From Spongiibacteraceae bacterium (GTDB taxonomy: Bacteria > Pseudomonadota > Gammaproteobacteria > Pseudomonadales > Dasaniaceae): 64,000 nucleotides of DNA. This document shows positions 39,090-49,474 of this stretch, in pieces. Under the pieces are notes generated by a model. That model was not told where the DNA came from. It saw only the letters and a list, made by a program, of their open reading frames with translations, and did no database searches. Location of the stretch: positions 50,861-114,860 of the forward strand of contig JBAYQJ010000007.1 in assembly GCA_041677245.1 (NCBI GenBank). Reading direction: 5' to 3'. Each line of letters begins with the position of its first letter. Within the stretch, counting starts at the first letter, position 1. Made by a program: the position numbers and the translations under genes.

Positions 39090-39449
39090 TTGACTCAGAT
39101 CAGTGTGTGGTTTTCACAGTGGCAGTACCCTCTTTCAAATGGATGGATAACTGAGGTGGTGGCAATGCACTATAAAAAAATGGCGGGAACCTCTGCGGTA
39201 TTTGTATTCGCTGATCAACATGCTGACAAGCCCGTCGAGCGTCAAGGTATGGTCTGGGATGAACAGGAATTACATTTGGATTCGATTCATAGGCAGCTAA
39301 ACATTAAACCGCCAATGGCCACCAATTTGGCACTGGAGGGTCTTGAGTCCTACGATCCGCCCAGCCACGGCGATGTGCGGGAAGTGGTCGCGTTGCAGGC
39401 GAGGTTTGTCTATATAGAGCCGATTAAAGGATGGGTAGAGTTAGAGTAG
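39090..39449 (+). CDS. hypothetical protein (weakly supported)
   Basis: ORF only, with a TTG start and no motif recognised. A shorter version may start at MHYKKMAG. Confidence 0.3.
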   Translation: MTQISVWFSQWQYPLSNGWITEVVAMHYKKMAGTSAVFVFADQHADKPVERQGMVWDEQELHLDSIHRQLNIKPPMATNLALEGLESYDPPSHGDVREVVALQARFVYIEPIKGWVELE

Positions 39450-39861
39450 AAGAATAAGTCGTAGCCAGTTCAGTAGAGAGCTGGCATGGTTAAAACAGTG
39501 AGCCAATAAGCAATTCTTCTTTACTCTCCAGAGTTTTACAGTGTCTGCCACTTAGTGTTTTCGTTTTTAGTTTTTTAGTTATTCCTGTCGTGTTATTCCC
39601 GGCTAGCCCTTCTTGCTCCCTAACGGTTCTTTGCAGCGGCATATTTTAATCTTTTGCATCATTTTGAGTCATAGGCCGCTGCAGGTTTAGAAGCTTGCCA
39701 TCATTGTACCGTCCGCTTCCCCTGCGTTTTACATATCTTAAGGCGGTGACACCGTAGGTTTTTAGATGATCGTCTATCTGGCCTAAAACCTGCATCTGCA
39801 TCTATTAATGGATTCGTTTTTAAATTTTATTTCATAGCCTTTACCCTTTTGGAGACAAATT

Positions 39862-40902
39862 ATGAGACATGGTGATATATCCAGCAGTGCTGATACTGTC
39901 GGCGTAGCTGTTGTCAATTACAAGATGCCCCGGCTGCACAGCAAAGCTGAAGTGTTAGAAAACGCCAATAATATTGCCGAGATGATAAAAGGTATGAAGC
40001 TTGGCCTGCCTGGTATGGATTTGGTGATATTTCCTGAATACAGCACCATGGGTATTATGTATGACAATGACGAGATGATGGCGACCGCAGCAACAATCCC
40101 TGGTGAAGAAACTGCTATTTTCAGTGCTGCCTGTAAAGCTGCTAACACTTGGGGGGTGTTTTCTTTGACCGGAGAGCGCCACGAAGAGCATCCCAACAAA
40201 GCCCCCTATAACACATTGGTGCTGATCAATAATGAAGGAGAAATTGTACAGAAATATCGCAAGTGCATTCCATGGTGTCCTATAGAAGGCTGGTATCCCG
40301 GTGATCGCACTTATGTCAGCGAAGGTCCCAAGGGTATGAAGATAAGTTTGATTATTTGTGATGACGGCAACTATCCAGAAATTTGGCGAGATTGCGCGAT
40401 GAAGGGAGCGGAATTAATTGTTCGCTGTCAGGGTTATATGTACCCTGCTAAAGAGCAACAAATCATGATGGCTAAAGCTATGGCATGGGCAAATAACACC
40501 TATGTTGCTGTTGCCAACGCCACCGGCTTTGACGGCGTTTACTCCTATTTTGGTCACTCCTCTATTATTGGTTTCGATGGTCGTACTCTGGGTGAATGTG
40601 GTGAAGAGGATATGGGTGTGCAGTATGCTCAGCTCTCGGTTAGTCAAATACGTGATGCCCGTGCCAACGACCAATCGCAAAATCACTTATTTAAATTACT
40701 CCACCGCGGTTATACCGGCATTCACAATTCTGGTGATGGTGATAGAGGCGTGGCTGATTGTCCTTTCGATTTTTATCGCAGCTGGGTGTTGGATGCGGAA
40801 AAAACCCGCGACGATGTCGAGAAATTTACCCGCAAAACCATAGGTACTGCTGAGTGCCCTGTTGGTAACTTACCTCACGAAGGTAAAGAAAAAGAAGCTT
40901 AA
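39862..40902 (+). CDS. amiE: aliphatic amidase
   Basis: Near-collinear with P. aeruginosa AmiE as I remember it ([25 protein letters not shown]..., [32 protein letters not shown], ...[12 protein letters not shown]). Nitrilase-superfamily Glu/Lys/Cys triad context. Confidence 0.95.
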   Translation: MRHGDISSSADTVGVAVVNYKMPRLHSKAEVLENANNIAEMIKGMKLGLPGMDLVIFPEYSTMGIMYDNDEMMATAATIPGEETAIFSAACKAANTWGVFSLTGERHEEHPNKAPYNTLVLINNEGEIVQKYRKCIPWCPIEGWYPGDRTYVSEGPKGMKISLIICDDGNYPEIWRDCAMKGAELIVRCQGYMYPAKEQQIMMAKAMAWANNTYVAVANATGFDGVYSYFGHSSIIGFDGRTLGECGEEDMGVQYAQLSVSQIRDARANDQSQNHLFKLLHRGYTGIHNSGDGDRGVADCPFDFYRSWVLDAEKTRDDVEKFTRKTIGTAECPVGNLPHEGKEKEA

Positions 40903-40958
40903 ATATCGACTCCTGGCTTAGCCGTGTAATTTAAGCCGTGCACCGCTAAGCCCTTTGA

Positions 40959-42029
40959 GTGTTAACCCTTGTCCATTGGAGCACCCTTGTGCCTTATTTG
41001 AATGACCGTTTAGCGAAAAATAAGGAGATCAACGCTCGCAGTATTTTTGATGCAAAAGCATCCCGCGGCTCTCGCTTTACCTTTGACCCAGAAACCGTAA
41101 TCGACGAGCTAAAACACCATATCATCGGGCAGGATGCTGTGATTGAGGCCATGAGCGATATGCTCTATGTGCTTAAAGCCGATTTTTCCGACCGCAACCG
41201 CCCTTTGAGTGTAAACTTTTTTTCAGGACCTACCGGGGTCGGAAAAACCGAAACGGTCAGAGTATTGGCCAAGGCGTTGCTGGGTGATGCTAATCAAATA
41301 TGCCGTATCGATATGAATACCCTGGCGCAGGAACATTATGCTGCAGCATTGACTGGCGCCCCGCCGGGTTATGTTGGCAGCAAAGAAGGCCATACCCTGT
41401 TTAACGCCGAAGCCATTGAAGGTAGCTTCAGCAAACCCGGTATTGTGTTGTTTGATGAAATTGAAAAAGCGAGCAAAGAAGTTATTCGTAGCATCCTCAA
41501 TATCTTAGATACTGGCGTACTACAATTGTCAGGCGGAACAAAAACAGTTGATTTCAGTAACGCCATCATTTTTATGACCAGTAATCTTGGTGCGAGAGAA
41601 TTGGCGGCTCATCAGCAGCAGCAAGCCCAGACATGGCGACACTGGCTGCCTTTTAATGTGTCAAAACAACAAACAGCCTGGCATATTGTTGAGCCTATTT
41701 TGAAGGCGAGTTTTGATCCGGAATTTCTAAATCGTATTGAGCGGACTATTGTTTTTAAACCACTAGAACGTGATTATATAGACAATATCGTAGCTCTGGA
41801 GATCAACAAACTAAACCTTCGGTTAAGCCAAAAAAACGCTAAAGTAGCGCTCGATGATACCGCGAGGAAAGCGATTTCCCAACATTACAACTCTTTATAT
41901 GGCGCTAGAAATATTGCCCAGCTAGTCAGGCTTAAACTTAACCCCGCCATCGCAAAAGCTGTTATCAAAAATACCGATCAGGAAAACTTTCTGGTGACTT
42001 ATCAGGATGGCAATTTTACTGTGCCGTAA
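40959..42029 (+). CDS. amiB: AAA+ ATPase of the ClpA/B D2 type, AmiB-like
   Basis: HIIGQDAVIEAM, Walker A FSGPTGVGKTE, Walker B IVLFDEIEKA, sensor FLNRIERTIVFKPL. Its position after amiE matches the Pseudomonas amiEB order. GTG start, uncertain. Confidence 0.75.
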   Translation: MLTLVHWSTLVPYLNDRLAKNKEINARSIFDAKASRGSRFTFDPETVIDELKHHIIGQDAVIEAMSDMLYVLKADFSDRNRPLSVNFFSGPTGVGKTETVRVLAKALLGDANQICRIDMNTLAQEHYAAALTGAPPGYVGSKEGHTLFNAEAIEGSFSKPGIVLFDEIEKASKEVIRSILNILDTGVLQLSGGTKTVDFSNAIIFMTSNLGARELAAHQQQQAQTWRHWLPFNVSKQQTAWHIVEPILKASFDPEFLNRIERTIVFKPLERDYIDNIVALEINKLNLRLSQKNAKVALDDTARKAISQHYNSLYGARNIAQLVRLKLNPAIAKAVIKNTDQENFLVTYQDGNFTVP

Positions 42030-42209
42030 CGGCGGAGCCAGTGATAAATAAGTCAAGAGTAAGTTAAGGGCTGGAGTCGCAATCAATTATGTATGGTTGA
42101 GTGGAGTGGTGGGTTTCTGAATCGACATCGGGTTTTTATTATCACTACTTACCAGACACCTCCTTTGTGGCTGATAGGGCGGGTAGTTGCTATGTGAACC
42201 TGTGTGTTT

Positions 42210-42251
42210 CTGAAAAAGGGATGTGTCTTTATATCCCTTTTTCAGTTTTTT
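42210..42251. terminator. bidirectional terminator between amiB and nrdB
   Basis: 13-bp perfect stem CTGAAAAAGGGAT / ATCCCTTTTTCAG, 10-nt loop, then TTTTTT. Confidence 0.75.
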
Positions 42252-42306
42252 CTATGTGGGGGTTAGCCCTAGTCTCTTAGGCTCAGGGTTGTTAAACCCA
42301 GAGTTT

Positions 42307-43569
42307 TTAATCCCAAGAAAGTGCTCCGCCAGTCTGATACTCAATAACCCGAGTCTCAAAAAAGTTTTTCTCCTTACGCAAATCCATAATCTCACTCATC
42401 CATGGGAACGGGTTTTGCGCGCCTTTGTATTGCTCAGGTAAGCCCAGCTGATTCAGGCGTCTGTTAGCAATAAACTGCAAGTACTCTTCCATCATGGATG
42501 CGTTCATTCCCAGTACACCTCTGGGCATGGAGTCGCGGGCGTATTCTATTTCCAGCTGGGTGCCTTCAAGTACCATCTGGATAATTTCTTTTTGGAATTG
42601 CTCGGTCCACAGGTGTGGGTTTTCCAGTTTGATCTGGTTGATAACGTCGATGCCAAAGTTCAGGTGCATGGACTCGTCGCGGAGGATGTATTGGAACTGC
42701 TCAGCAACACCGGTCATTTTATTGCGGCGGCCCATGGAGAGGATTTGGGTGAAGCCACAATAAAAGAAAATGCCTTCGGTGACGGCGTAAAAGCCAATCA
42801 GATTGCGCAGCAGCTCTTGGTCTGTATCCGGTGTGCCTGTTTTAAAGGTGGGGTCAGACAATGCTTGTGTATGCTTTAAGCTCCATGCGGCTTTTTTGGC
42901 GATGGAGGGCAGCTCGCGGTACATGTTAAACACTTCGCCTTCGTCCATTGCCAAAGACTCCACGCAATACTGATAGGCGTGGGTGTGGATGGCTTCTTCA
43001 AAGGCTTGGCGCAATATGTATTGGCGGCATTCGGGATTGGTGATGTGGCGGTACATGGCCAGTACCAAATTATTGGCTACCAGGGAATCTGCGGTAGAAA
43101 AATAACCGAGCGAGCGCATGACGATACGGCGCTCGTCATCGCTTAGGCCGTTGGGGTCTTTCCACAGGGCTACATCGGCGGTCATGTTGACCTCTTGTGG
43201 CATCCAGTGGTTGGCGCAGCCATCCAGGTATTTCTGCCAGGCCCAGTCGTATTTGAACGGAACTAGTTGGTTGAGGTCGGCGCGACAGTTGATCATGGCT
43301 TTGTCATCAACGGTCAGGCGCGCTGCGCCCATTTCCAGCTCTTCTAACCCGGCGGTAACATCGATGTTGGCTACGGCGGCGGCGGCTATGGCAACGGCGT
43401 CGGTTATTTCTACGTGGGCATTGCTGACCAGGTTGGAGCCAGCGTCGAAGCTTGCTGCTTGTTCTACCGCCTGGGTTGGCTGTGCATCAATGATGGCTTT
43501 GGGTTCAGCCATTGGTGGTGCGGATTTGGTTTCGGCTTCCTCGGCGTGGTATTCGTCCCAATTAAGCAT
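42307..43569 (-). CDS. nrdB: class Ia ribonucleotide reductase beta subunit (long N-terminus, Pseudomonas type)
   Basis: [38 protein letters not shown], with di-iron ligand blocks EEAIHTHAY and [10 protein letters not shown]. Confidence 0.95.
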   Translation of the reverse strand: MLNWDEYHAEEAETKSAPPMAEPKAIIDAQPTQAVEQAASFDAGSNLVSNAHVEITDAVAIAAAAVANIDVTAGLEELEMGAARLTVDDKAMINCRADLNQLVPFKYDWAWQKYLDGCANHWMPQEVNMTADVALWKDPNGLSDDERRIVMRSLGYFSTADSLVANNLVLAMYRHITNPECRQYILRQAFEEAIHTHAYQYCVESLAMDEGEVFNMYRELPSIAKKAAWSLKHTQALSDPTFKTGTPDTDQELLRNLIGFYAVTEGIFFYCGFTQILSMGRRNKMTGVAEQFQYILRDESMHLNFGIDVINQIKLENPHLWTEQFQKEIIQMVLEGTQLEIEYARDSMPRGVLGMNASMMEEYLQFIANRRLNQLGLPEQYKGAQNPFPWMSEIMDLRKEKNFFETRVIEYQTGGALSWD

Positions 43570-43613
43570 TGTTTGTTACCTCTAACGATTTTGCTATTTC
43601 TTGTGTCTGATGT

Positions 43614-43663
43614 GGCCCTGCTTGGCAGGGCCGCGTTATGGCCTGCCAGGTTTACTGGCAGGC
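43614..43663 (-). other. two tandem GC-rich hairpins at the nrdA-nrdB junction
   Basis: GGCCCTGC ttg GCAGGGCC (43614-43632) and GCCTGCCAG gttta CTGGCAGGC (43641-43663). The nrdA stop codon lies in the loop of the second hairpin. Confidence 0.4.
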
Positions 43664-46537
43664 TTCGCAGTCTGGATCGTCCAGTGAGCAAGCTTCAGGT
43701 ACTGGAGCTGGCCCTGGGGCAGCTTCCTGTGCTCGCGCTTTGGAGGACACCGCATTCAGTGAGCCGCTATCGATGGTTGATTTTTCGGTACCAGTTGCTG
43801 CCAGTGCGCGCAGGTAGTAAGTGGTTTTAAGGCCTCGATACCATGCCATGCGATAAGTGATATCCAGCTTTTTGCCGGAGGCGCCAGCAATGTACAGGTT
43901 CAGCGATTGGGCTTGATCTATCCATTTTTGACGGCGACTGGCGGCATCGACGATCCAGCGCGGCTCAATTTCAAAGGCGGTGGAGTACATGGCTTTAATC
44001 TCCGCTGGAATACGATCGATTTGATGTACGCTGCCTTCGTAGTATTTGAGATCGTTAACCATGACGTTATCCCACAGGCCCAGTGCTTTCAGGTCTTTAA
44101 CCAGATAAGGGTTAACCACGGTAAATTCACCGGACAGATTGGATTTAACGTACAGGTTTTGATAAGTCGGCTCTATCGATTGCGCAACGCCGGTAATGTT
44201 GGCGATGGTCGCTGTTGGCGCGATGGCCATAACGTTAGAGTTGCGAATACCTTTTGTCATCACTTGCTTGCGCAAGCTGTCCCAGTCCAAGGTGCTGGAT
44301 TGATCCATTTCGATGTATTTTTCGCCGCGTTCGCTCACGAGTTTTTTGATTGAATCAAGCGGCAGAATGCCTTTGCTCCACAATGATCCTTCAAAGGTTG
44401 AGTAGGAGCCACGCTCTTCAGCTAGTGCGGAAGATGATTGAATGGCGTAGTAGCTGATCGCTTCCATTGATCGATCGGCAAACTCTACTGCTTCGTCAGA
44501 GCCGTAAGCGATATGCTGCTGATACAGTGCATCCTGAAAGCCCATTAAACCTAAGCCAACTGGGCGATGTCGCATGTTGGAGGTACGAGCCTGTTCAACT
44601 GAGTAGTAGTTGATGTCGATAACGTTATCGAGCATACGTACTGCAGTTTTGACTGTTTGCTCCAGCTTGGCCAGATTGAGACCGTTTTCATCGATGTGCT
44701 GGGCCAGGTTAACCGAGCCCAGGTTACAGACGGCAATTTCATCTTTATCGGTGTTCAGGGTGATCTCTGTGCACAGGTTGGATGAATGCACTACGCCAAC
44801 ATGTTGCTGCGGTGAGCGGATGTTGCACGGATCCTTAAAGGTGATCCATGGGTGGCCAGTTTCAAACAGCATGCCCAGCATCTTACGCCACAGGTCCTGT
44901 GCGCGAACGGTTTTGAATAGGCGTACTTCACCGCGTTTACACATCTCTTCGTACTGAACGTAGCGATCTTCAAAGGCCTGGCCGTAAAGGTCGTGTAGGT
45001 CGGGTACGTCATTCGGTGAGAATAATGTCCAGGCGCCATCGTCGAATACGCGCTTCATGAATAGATCAGGAACCCAGTTGGCGGTATTCATATCGTGGGT
45101 GCGGCGACGGTCATCACCGGTGTTTTTACGCAGTTCGACAAACTCTTCGATATCCATGTGCCAGGTTTCAAGGTAAGCACAAACTGCGCCTTTGCGCTTG
45201 CCACCTTGGTTAACGGCAACGGCGGTGTCGTTGACTACTTTAAGGAAGGGTACAACGCCTTGAGATTTACCGTTGGTGCCTTTGATGTAGGCACCTAATG
45301 CACGAACCGGAGTCCAGTCATTGCCCAGGCCGCCAGCCCATTTGGATAGCATGGCGTTATCTTGAATCGCGCCGTAAATGCCATGTAGGTCATCGGGTAC
45401 TGTGGTGAGATAGCAAGATGATAATTGCGGGCGCAAGGTGCCAGCGTTAAACAGTGTCGGTGTAGAGCTCATGTAATCAAAGGAGCTCAGCAGACGGTAA
45501 AATTCAATGGCGCGGTCTTCGCGGTTTTCTTCGCTATGCGCTAAGCCCATGGCGACGCGCATAAAGAATACCTGCGGTAATTCAATGCGGGTATCTTTGC
45601 TATGGATAAAGTAGCGGTCGTACAGGGTTTGTAGGCCCAGGTAGTTAAATTGTAAATCGCGGTTTGCATCCAGAGCCTTGCCGAGTTTGTCGAGGTCGTA
45701 ATCGAGCAGGTTAGGCGCTAATAGCTCCAGCTCAATACCTTTGTTGATATAGGCAGTCAGAGCGGGGGCATAGAGTGTGTGCATCTCAGCTTGGGTAGCG
45801 CTGGGGGCAACGTCTAAAAAGCTCAATGCTTCAGTGCGCAGGTTGTCCAGTAATAAGCGGGCGGTTGCGTAAGTGTAATTGGGCTCTTTTTCAACCATTG
45901 TTCTGGCGGTGATCACCAGTGAGGTGTTTACATCGCTTTCGGGTACGCCGTCATAGAGGTTTTTCAGGGCTTCATCAATGATGTGTTGTGGATTGACATC
46001 GGTGAGGTCTGCACAGGCTTCGCCAACGATAATCTCCAGCCGTCCTAAATCGAGGGGCGCTTGACTGCCGTCATCCAGGGTGACACGGATAGAGGGGTGT
46101 GCCTTGGTGGGTTCCAGGCCGCTTGCTTGCTCGCGTTGTTTACGGCGTTGCTCTCGGTAAAGTACATAGTCACGTGCAACCTTGTGGTCGCCGCTGCGCA
46201 TCAGTGCCAGTTCAACTTGGTCCTGAATATCTTCAATATGGATAGTGCCACCAGAGCTCATGCGACGTTTAAAGGTGGCGCTAACTTGCTGACAGAGTTT
46301 CTCGACGGTTTCATGGATGCGAGATGAGGCTGCAGCGGTACCACCTTCCACGGCCAAAAATGCCTTGGTGATGGCAACGGTGATTTTGCTTTCGTCATAA
46401 CCCACCACGGTACCATTGCGCTTGATAACGCGTAGCTGGCCTGGCGCTGTGGCTTGTAGTTCAGCGTTAGTCGTCGCTGAGGTTGGTGTTGATGAGGCCG
46501 GTGCGGCGGGCTTAGAGTCATCGACTTCGGTGTGCAT
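43652..46537 (-). CDS. nrdA: class Ia ribonucleotide reductase alpha subunit with duplicated N-terminal ATP-cone
   Basis: ATP-cone LRVIKRNGTVVGYDESKI...; catalytic blocks SSCYLTTV, NLCTEI, PTATIANITG; C-terminal CEAC. I use ATG 46537 (MHTEVDD, GGAGAA upstream) rather than 46612. Confidence 0.95.
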   Translation of the reverse strand: MHTEVDDSKPAAPASSTPTSATTNAELQATAPGQLRVIKRNGTVVGYDESKITVAITKAFLAVEGGTAAASSRIHETVEKLCQQVSATFKRRMSSGGTIHIEDIQDQVELALMRSGDHKVARDYVLYREQRRKQREQASGLEPTKAHPSIRVTLDDGSQAPLDLGRLEIIVGEACADLTDVNPQHIIDEALKNLYDGVPESDVNTSLVITARTMVEKEPNYTYATARLLLDNLRTEALSFLDVAPSATQAEMHTLYAPALTAYINKGIELELLAPNLLDYDLDKLGKALDANRDLQFNYLGLQTLYDRYFIHSKDTRIELPQVFFMRVAMGLAHSEENREDRAIEFYRLLSSFDYMSSTPTLFNAGTLRPQLSSCYLTTVPDDLHGIYGAIQDNAMLSKWAGGLGNDWTPVRALGAYIKGTNGKSQGVVPFLKVVNDTAVAVNQGGKRKGAVCAYLETWHMDIEEFVELRKNTGDDRRRTHDMNTANWVPDLFMKRVFDDGAWTLFSPNDVPDLHDLYGQAFEDRYVQYEEMCKRGEVRLFKTVRAQDLWRKMLGMLFETGHPWITFKDPCNIRSPQQHVGVVHSSNLCTEITLNTDKDEIAVCNLGSVNLAQHIDENGLNLAKLEQTVKTAVRMLDNVIDINYYSVEQARTSNMRHRPVGLGLMGFQDALYQQHIAYGSDEAVEFADRSMEAISYYAIQSSSALAEERGSYSTFEGSLWSKGILPLDSIKKLVSERGEKYIEMDQSSTLDWDSLRKQVMTKGIRNSNVMAIAPTATIANITGVAQSIEPTYQNLYVKSNLSGEFTVVNPYLVKDLKALGLWDNVMVNDLKYYEGSVHQIDRIPAEIKAMYSTAFEIEPRWIVDAASRRQKWIDQAQSLNLYIAGASGKKLDITYRMAWYRGLKTTYYLRALAATGTEKSTIDSGSLNAVSSKARAQEAAPGPAPVPEACSLDDPDCEACQ

Positions 46538-46838
46538 AGGTTCTCCGGATATTACAGTCAGCAGTTTGGGTGTTGTTAAGGATGTTGGTCTCTGAGTGGT
46601 TGTTACATACAACTCGACTCATAATTTTGTAGTCTGTCTTCTGGGGTAGTGCTTAGTGTGTAAATAGCAGCGCTTTGCCGGCGCATGGTTGTTATTGTTT
46701 TGCTCCCTTGTGCGATGCGCTTGCTTTATAAATTTGTACATAAGCCTTTACGTACATTTCTATGTGTATCTCCCTGTGCATAAACTCAGCAGAATACGTG
46801 AATGAGTTTAGTGGCGAAGCCTATAACACCCTAGGTAA

Positions 46839-46885
46839 TCCCTATATATGGGGGTGTTTTAAATTCTGGATACAAGATAAAGCGC
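46839..46885. promoter_or_regulatory. two candidate NrdR boxes, 31 bp centre to centre
   Basis: TCCCTATATATGGGGG (46839-46854) and ATACAAGATAAAGCGC (46870-46885). Each matches 11 of 16 positions of the NrdR consensus acaCwAtATaTwGtgt as I recall it. Upstream of nrdA. Confidence 0.3.
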
Positions 46886-46924
46886 TTGGGACCTTTTTGC
46901 AAGGGCAAACTTATGGGGGCAAGC

Positions 46925-46933
46925 TGTGGATAA
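46925..46933 (-). promoter_or_regulatory. perfect DnaA box (TTATCCACA on the minus strand)
   Basis: The plus strand reads TGTGGATAA. Lies about 390 nt upstream of the nrdA start. Confidence 0.35.
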
Positions 46934-47275
46934 GATGTGGGTAAGTGTTCCTGTCTGTAACCACTAACCTGCAAACATAGGGCGCGTGAATAGATTGCAA
47001 ATACAAGGGGTTTAGAAAGAATTTTATTGGTTAAAATTATTTTCTCATAACGAAAGTTGTTGATATTCGTAGTGGTTATGCCGAGGGCGTATTGGACTGT
47101 TCGGGGTGATTGTATTCGGTAGCGGTATAAGGGTGTTTATTCTACGAATGACATTTATTTAATGTTGTGGTGCCAGTTAGTAAAGAGGAGCTTGCTCCAC
47201 CTTTAAAGTAACCGGTCTTTACTTAGGGGTATCTTTGCAGCCAACTCCATTTCTGTTGATTGGCTTTATATGACT

Positions 47276-47310
47276 AAGCCTAGTGGCGGCATAGAGCCGG
47301 CACTAGGCTT
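47276..47310 (-). other. long hairpin 35 nt downstream of the argF stop (no U-tract)
   Basis: AAGCCTAGTGGCGGC ataga GCCGGCACTAGGCTT: a 15-bp stem with one mismatch. Confidence 0.4.
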
Positions 47311-47344
47311 GATTATCGGTTGGTATCGGAGTTAGTGGCAGTGG

Positions 47345-48250
47345 TTAATGATTCAGCAGAAATTCCATCAGTGCTTTTTGTGCGTGCAGGCGGTTTTCTG
47401 CTTCATTCCAGATCACGGTTTCAGGGTTGTCCATCAGTTCGGCGCTAATTTCTTCGCCACGATGCGCAGGCAGGCAGTGCATATAGAGTGCATCGCTGGC
47501 GGCAACTGAAAGCAGCTCTTGGTTGAGTTGGAAGCCTTCAAACTGCTTGATACGCTTGGCTTGCTGTTTTTCCTGACCCATTGATGCCCAGACATCAGTG
47601 ACTAGCAGGTGGCTGTCGCGAGCTGCTTGCTTGGGGTCGCGGACGATGGAGACGCGGCCTTTATTTGCCTTTAATAAGTCTGCATTGGGTTCAAATCCTC
47701 TGGGGCAGGCAATGCGTAATTCAAAGTCGAATTGCTTGGCAGCGTTGATGTAGGATTGGCACATATTGTAGCCATCACCTACCCAAGTCACAGTCTTGCC
47801 CTGAATGCTGCCTCTGTGCTCGACAAAGGTTTGCATGTCGGCAAGTAGCTGGCAGGGGTGATAGTCATTGGTCAGGGCGTTGATGATCGGTACGGTAGAA
47901 TGTTTGGCGAAGCGTTCGACGATATCGTGATCGTAGGTACGGATCATAATAATGTCGAGCATCGACGATAGTACTTTAGCGCTGTCTTCGACGGGCTCGC
48001 CGCGGCCTAGTTGGGTGTCGCGGGATGACAAAAACATACCGTGTCCTCCCATTTGCGCCATCCCGGCCTCAAATGAAACGCGGGTGCGGGTGGATGATTT
48101 TTCAAAAATCATGCCCAGCACTTTATTTTTGAACGGATCGCCATGACCGCCATTGGCTAGTTCGGCCTTTAGGGTAATAGCGCGTTCAATTAACTGGGAT
48201 AATTCTGCCGGGCTTAAATCCAGCAAGGTCAAAAAATGTCGTACGGCCAT
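47345..48250 (-). CDS. argF: ornithine carbamoyltransferase (anabolic)
   Basis: [15 protein letters not shown] carbamoyl-phosphate motif, HPCQLLAD, and [10 protein letters not shown]. Confidence 0.9.
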   Translation of the reverse strand: MAVRHFLTLLDLSPAELSQLIERAITLKAELANGGHGDPFKNKVLGMIFEKSSTRTRVSFEAGMAQMGGHGMFLSSRDTQLGRGEPVEDSAKVLSSMLDIIMIRTYDHDIVERFAKHSTVPIINALTNDYHPCQLLADMQTFVEHRGSIQGKTVTWVGDGYNMCQSYINAAKQFDFELRIACPRGFEPNADLLKANKGRVSIVRDPKQAARDSHLLVTDVWASMGQEKQQAKRIKQFEGFQLNQELLSVAASDALYMHCLPAHRGEEISAELMDNPETVIWNEAENRLHAQKALMEFLLNH

Positions 48251-48298
48251 GGTTCTGCTACTTTCATTAACAATTAAATAGTGTGTTCGGATTAGGCG

Positions 48299-49474
48299 CT
48301 AAGCTTGTTTAGCGAATTCATTAATACTAGCCACAACAGCAGCAACGATTTTCTCGGCTTGCTGTTGGTTGATAATCAGTGGCGGCAACAGGCGGATAAC
48401 GCTGCCGCCGGCGACATTGATCAATACGCCTTTGGTTCGTGCCAGTTCAACCAGTTGAGCGCAAGGCTGTTTGAGTTCAATACCGATCATCAGGCCTTGG
48501 CCGCGAATGTCTTTAATGATGGCTTGGCCTTTTAGTTCGGACTTGAAGGCGTTGAGCATAAATGCGCCGATAGTTGCGGCGTTCTCACATAGTTTGTCGT
48601 TGTTAATCGTGTCGACGACAGCTTGGCCTGCGGCGCAAACTAGCGGGTTGCCCCCATAGGTTGAGCCGTGGTTGCCTGGTCCAAAAACTTCGGCTGCTTT
48701 ACCGTGGGCGAGGCAGGCGCCTATGGGTAGGCCGTTGCCCAGCCCTTTTGCCGTCGTCACAACGTCTGGCATGATGTTGTGTTGTTGATAGGCAAAGTAA
48801 GTGCCGGTGCGGCCGTTACCGGTTTGCACTTCGTCCAGCATCATCAGCCATTGGTGTTCGTCGCAAAGCTGACGCAACTCAGAGAGGTAGTTGGCTGGAG
48901 GCATATTGACGCCACTCTCTCCCTGAATGGGTTCAACCAGTACAGCGACAATGTTGGTGTTGTTCTTGGCAATGGTTTGCAGGGCTTTTATGTCACCATA
49001 GGGAGCGCGAATAAATCCGCCGAGCAGGGGCTCAAAGCCAGCTTGGATTTTACGGTTGCCCGAAGCAGTTAACGTTGCCATGGTGCGGCCGTGAAACGAG
49101 TTGTCCATAACAATAATTTGCGGCAAGTCTATGTCCTGGCTATCGCCATAGAGGCGGGCGATTTTGATCGCGGCTTCGTTAGCTTCGGCGCCGGAGTTGC
49201 CAAAAAACACGGCGTCCATCCCTGATACTGTACACAGGGACTCAGCCAGTTGTTGTTGGCGATCAATCCCGTATAAATTGGAGGTGTGGATTAGGAGGTC
49301 GGCCTGTTCTTTGATGGCTTTGCTAACTGCGGGGTGGGTGTGCCCCAAAGCGTTGACGCCGATACCGCTGATGGCGTCGATATATTCCTTTCCTTCTTTA
49401 TCGTAGAGGTATACGCCTTTACCGTGAGTAAAGCTAATCGGTTGGCGGCTATAGGTGTTCATAACTGCTGGCAC
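48299..49474 (-). CDS. argD: acetylornithine aminotransferase (class III PLP aminotransferase)
   Basis: MNTYSRQPISFTHGKGVYLYDKEGKEYIDAISGIGVNALGH, DEVQTGNGRTG, and PLP lysine context TTAKGLGNG. Sits 48 nt upstream of argF. GTG 49474 or ATG 49462. Confidence 0.8.
   Translation of the reverse strand: MPAVMNTYSRQPISFTHGKGVYLYDKEGKEYIDAISGIGVNALGHTHPAVSKAIKEQADLLIHTSNLYGIDRQQQLAESLCTVSGMDAVFFGNSGAEANEAAIKIARLYGDSQDIDLPQIIVMDNSFHGRTMATLTASGNRKIQAGFEPLLGGFIRAPYGDIKALQTIAKNNTNIVAVLVEPIQGESGVNMPPANYLSELRQLCDEHQWLMMLDEVQTGNGRTGTYFAYQQHNIMPDVVTTAKGLGNGLPIGACLAHGKAAEVFGPGNHGSTYGGNPLVCAAGQAVVDTINNDKLCENAATIGAFMLNAFKSELKGQAIIKDIRGQGLMIGIELKQPCAQLVELARTKGVLINVAGGSVIRLLPPLIINQQQAEKIVAAVVASINEFAKQA

Noticed and set aside
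42223-42441. 72-aa plus-strand ORF
   Set aside because: It starts inside the bidirectional terminator and runs antisense into the nrdB 3' end.
43118-44353. 155-, 138- and 148-aa plus-strand ORFs over the nrdB start, nrdA end and nrdA body
   Set aside because: They are antisense shadows of nrdAB. The hairpins in the junction are reported separately.
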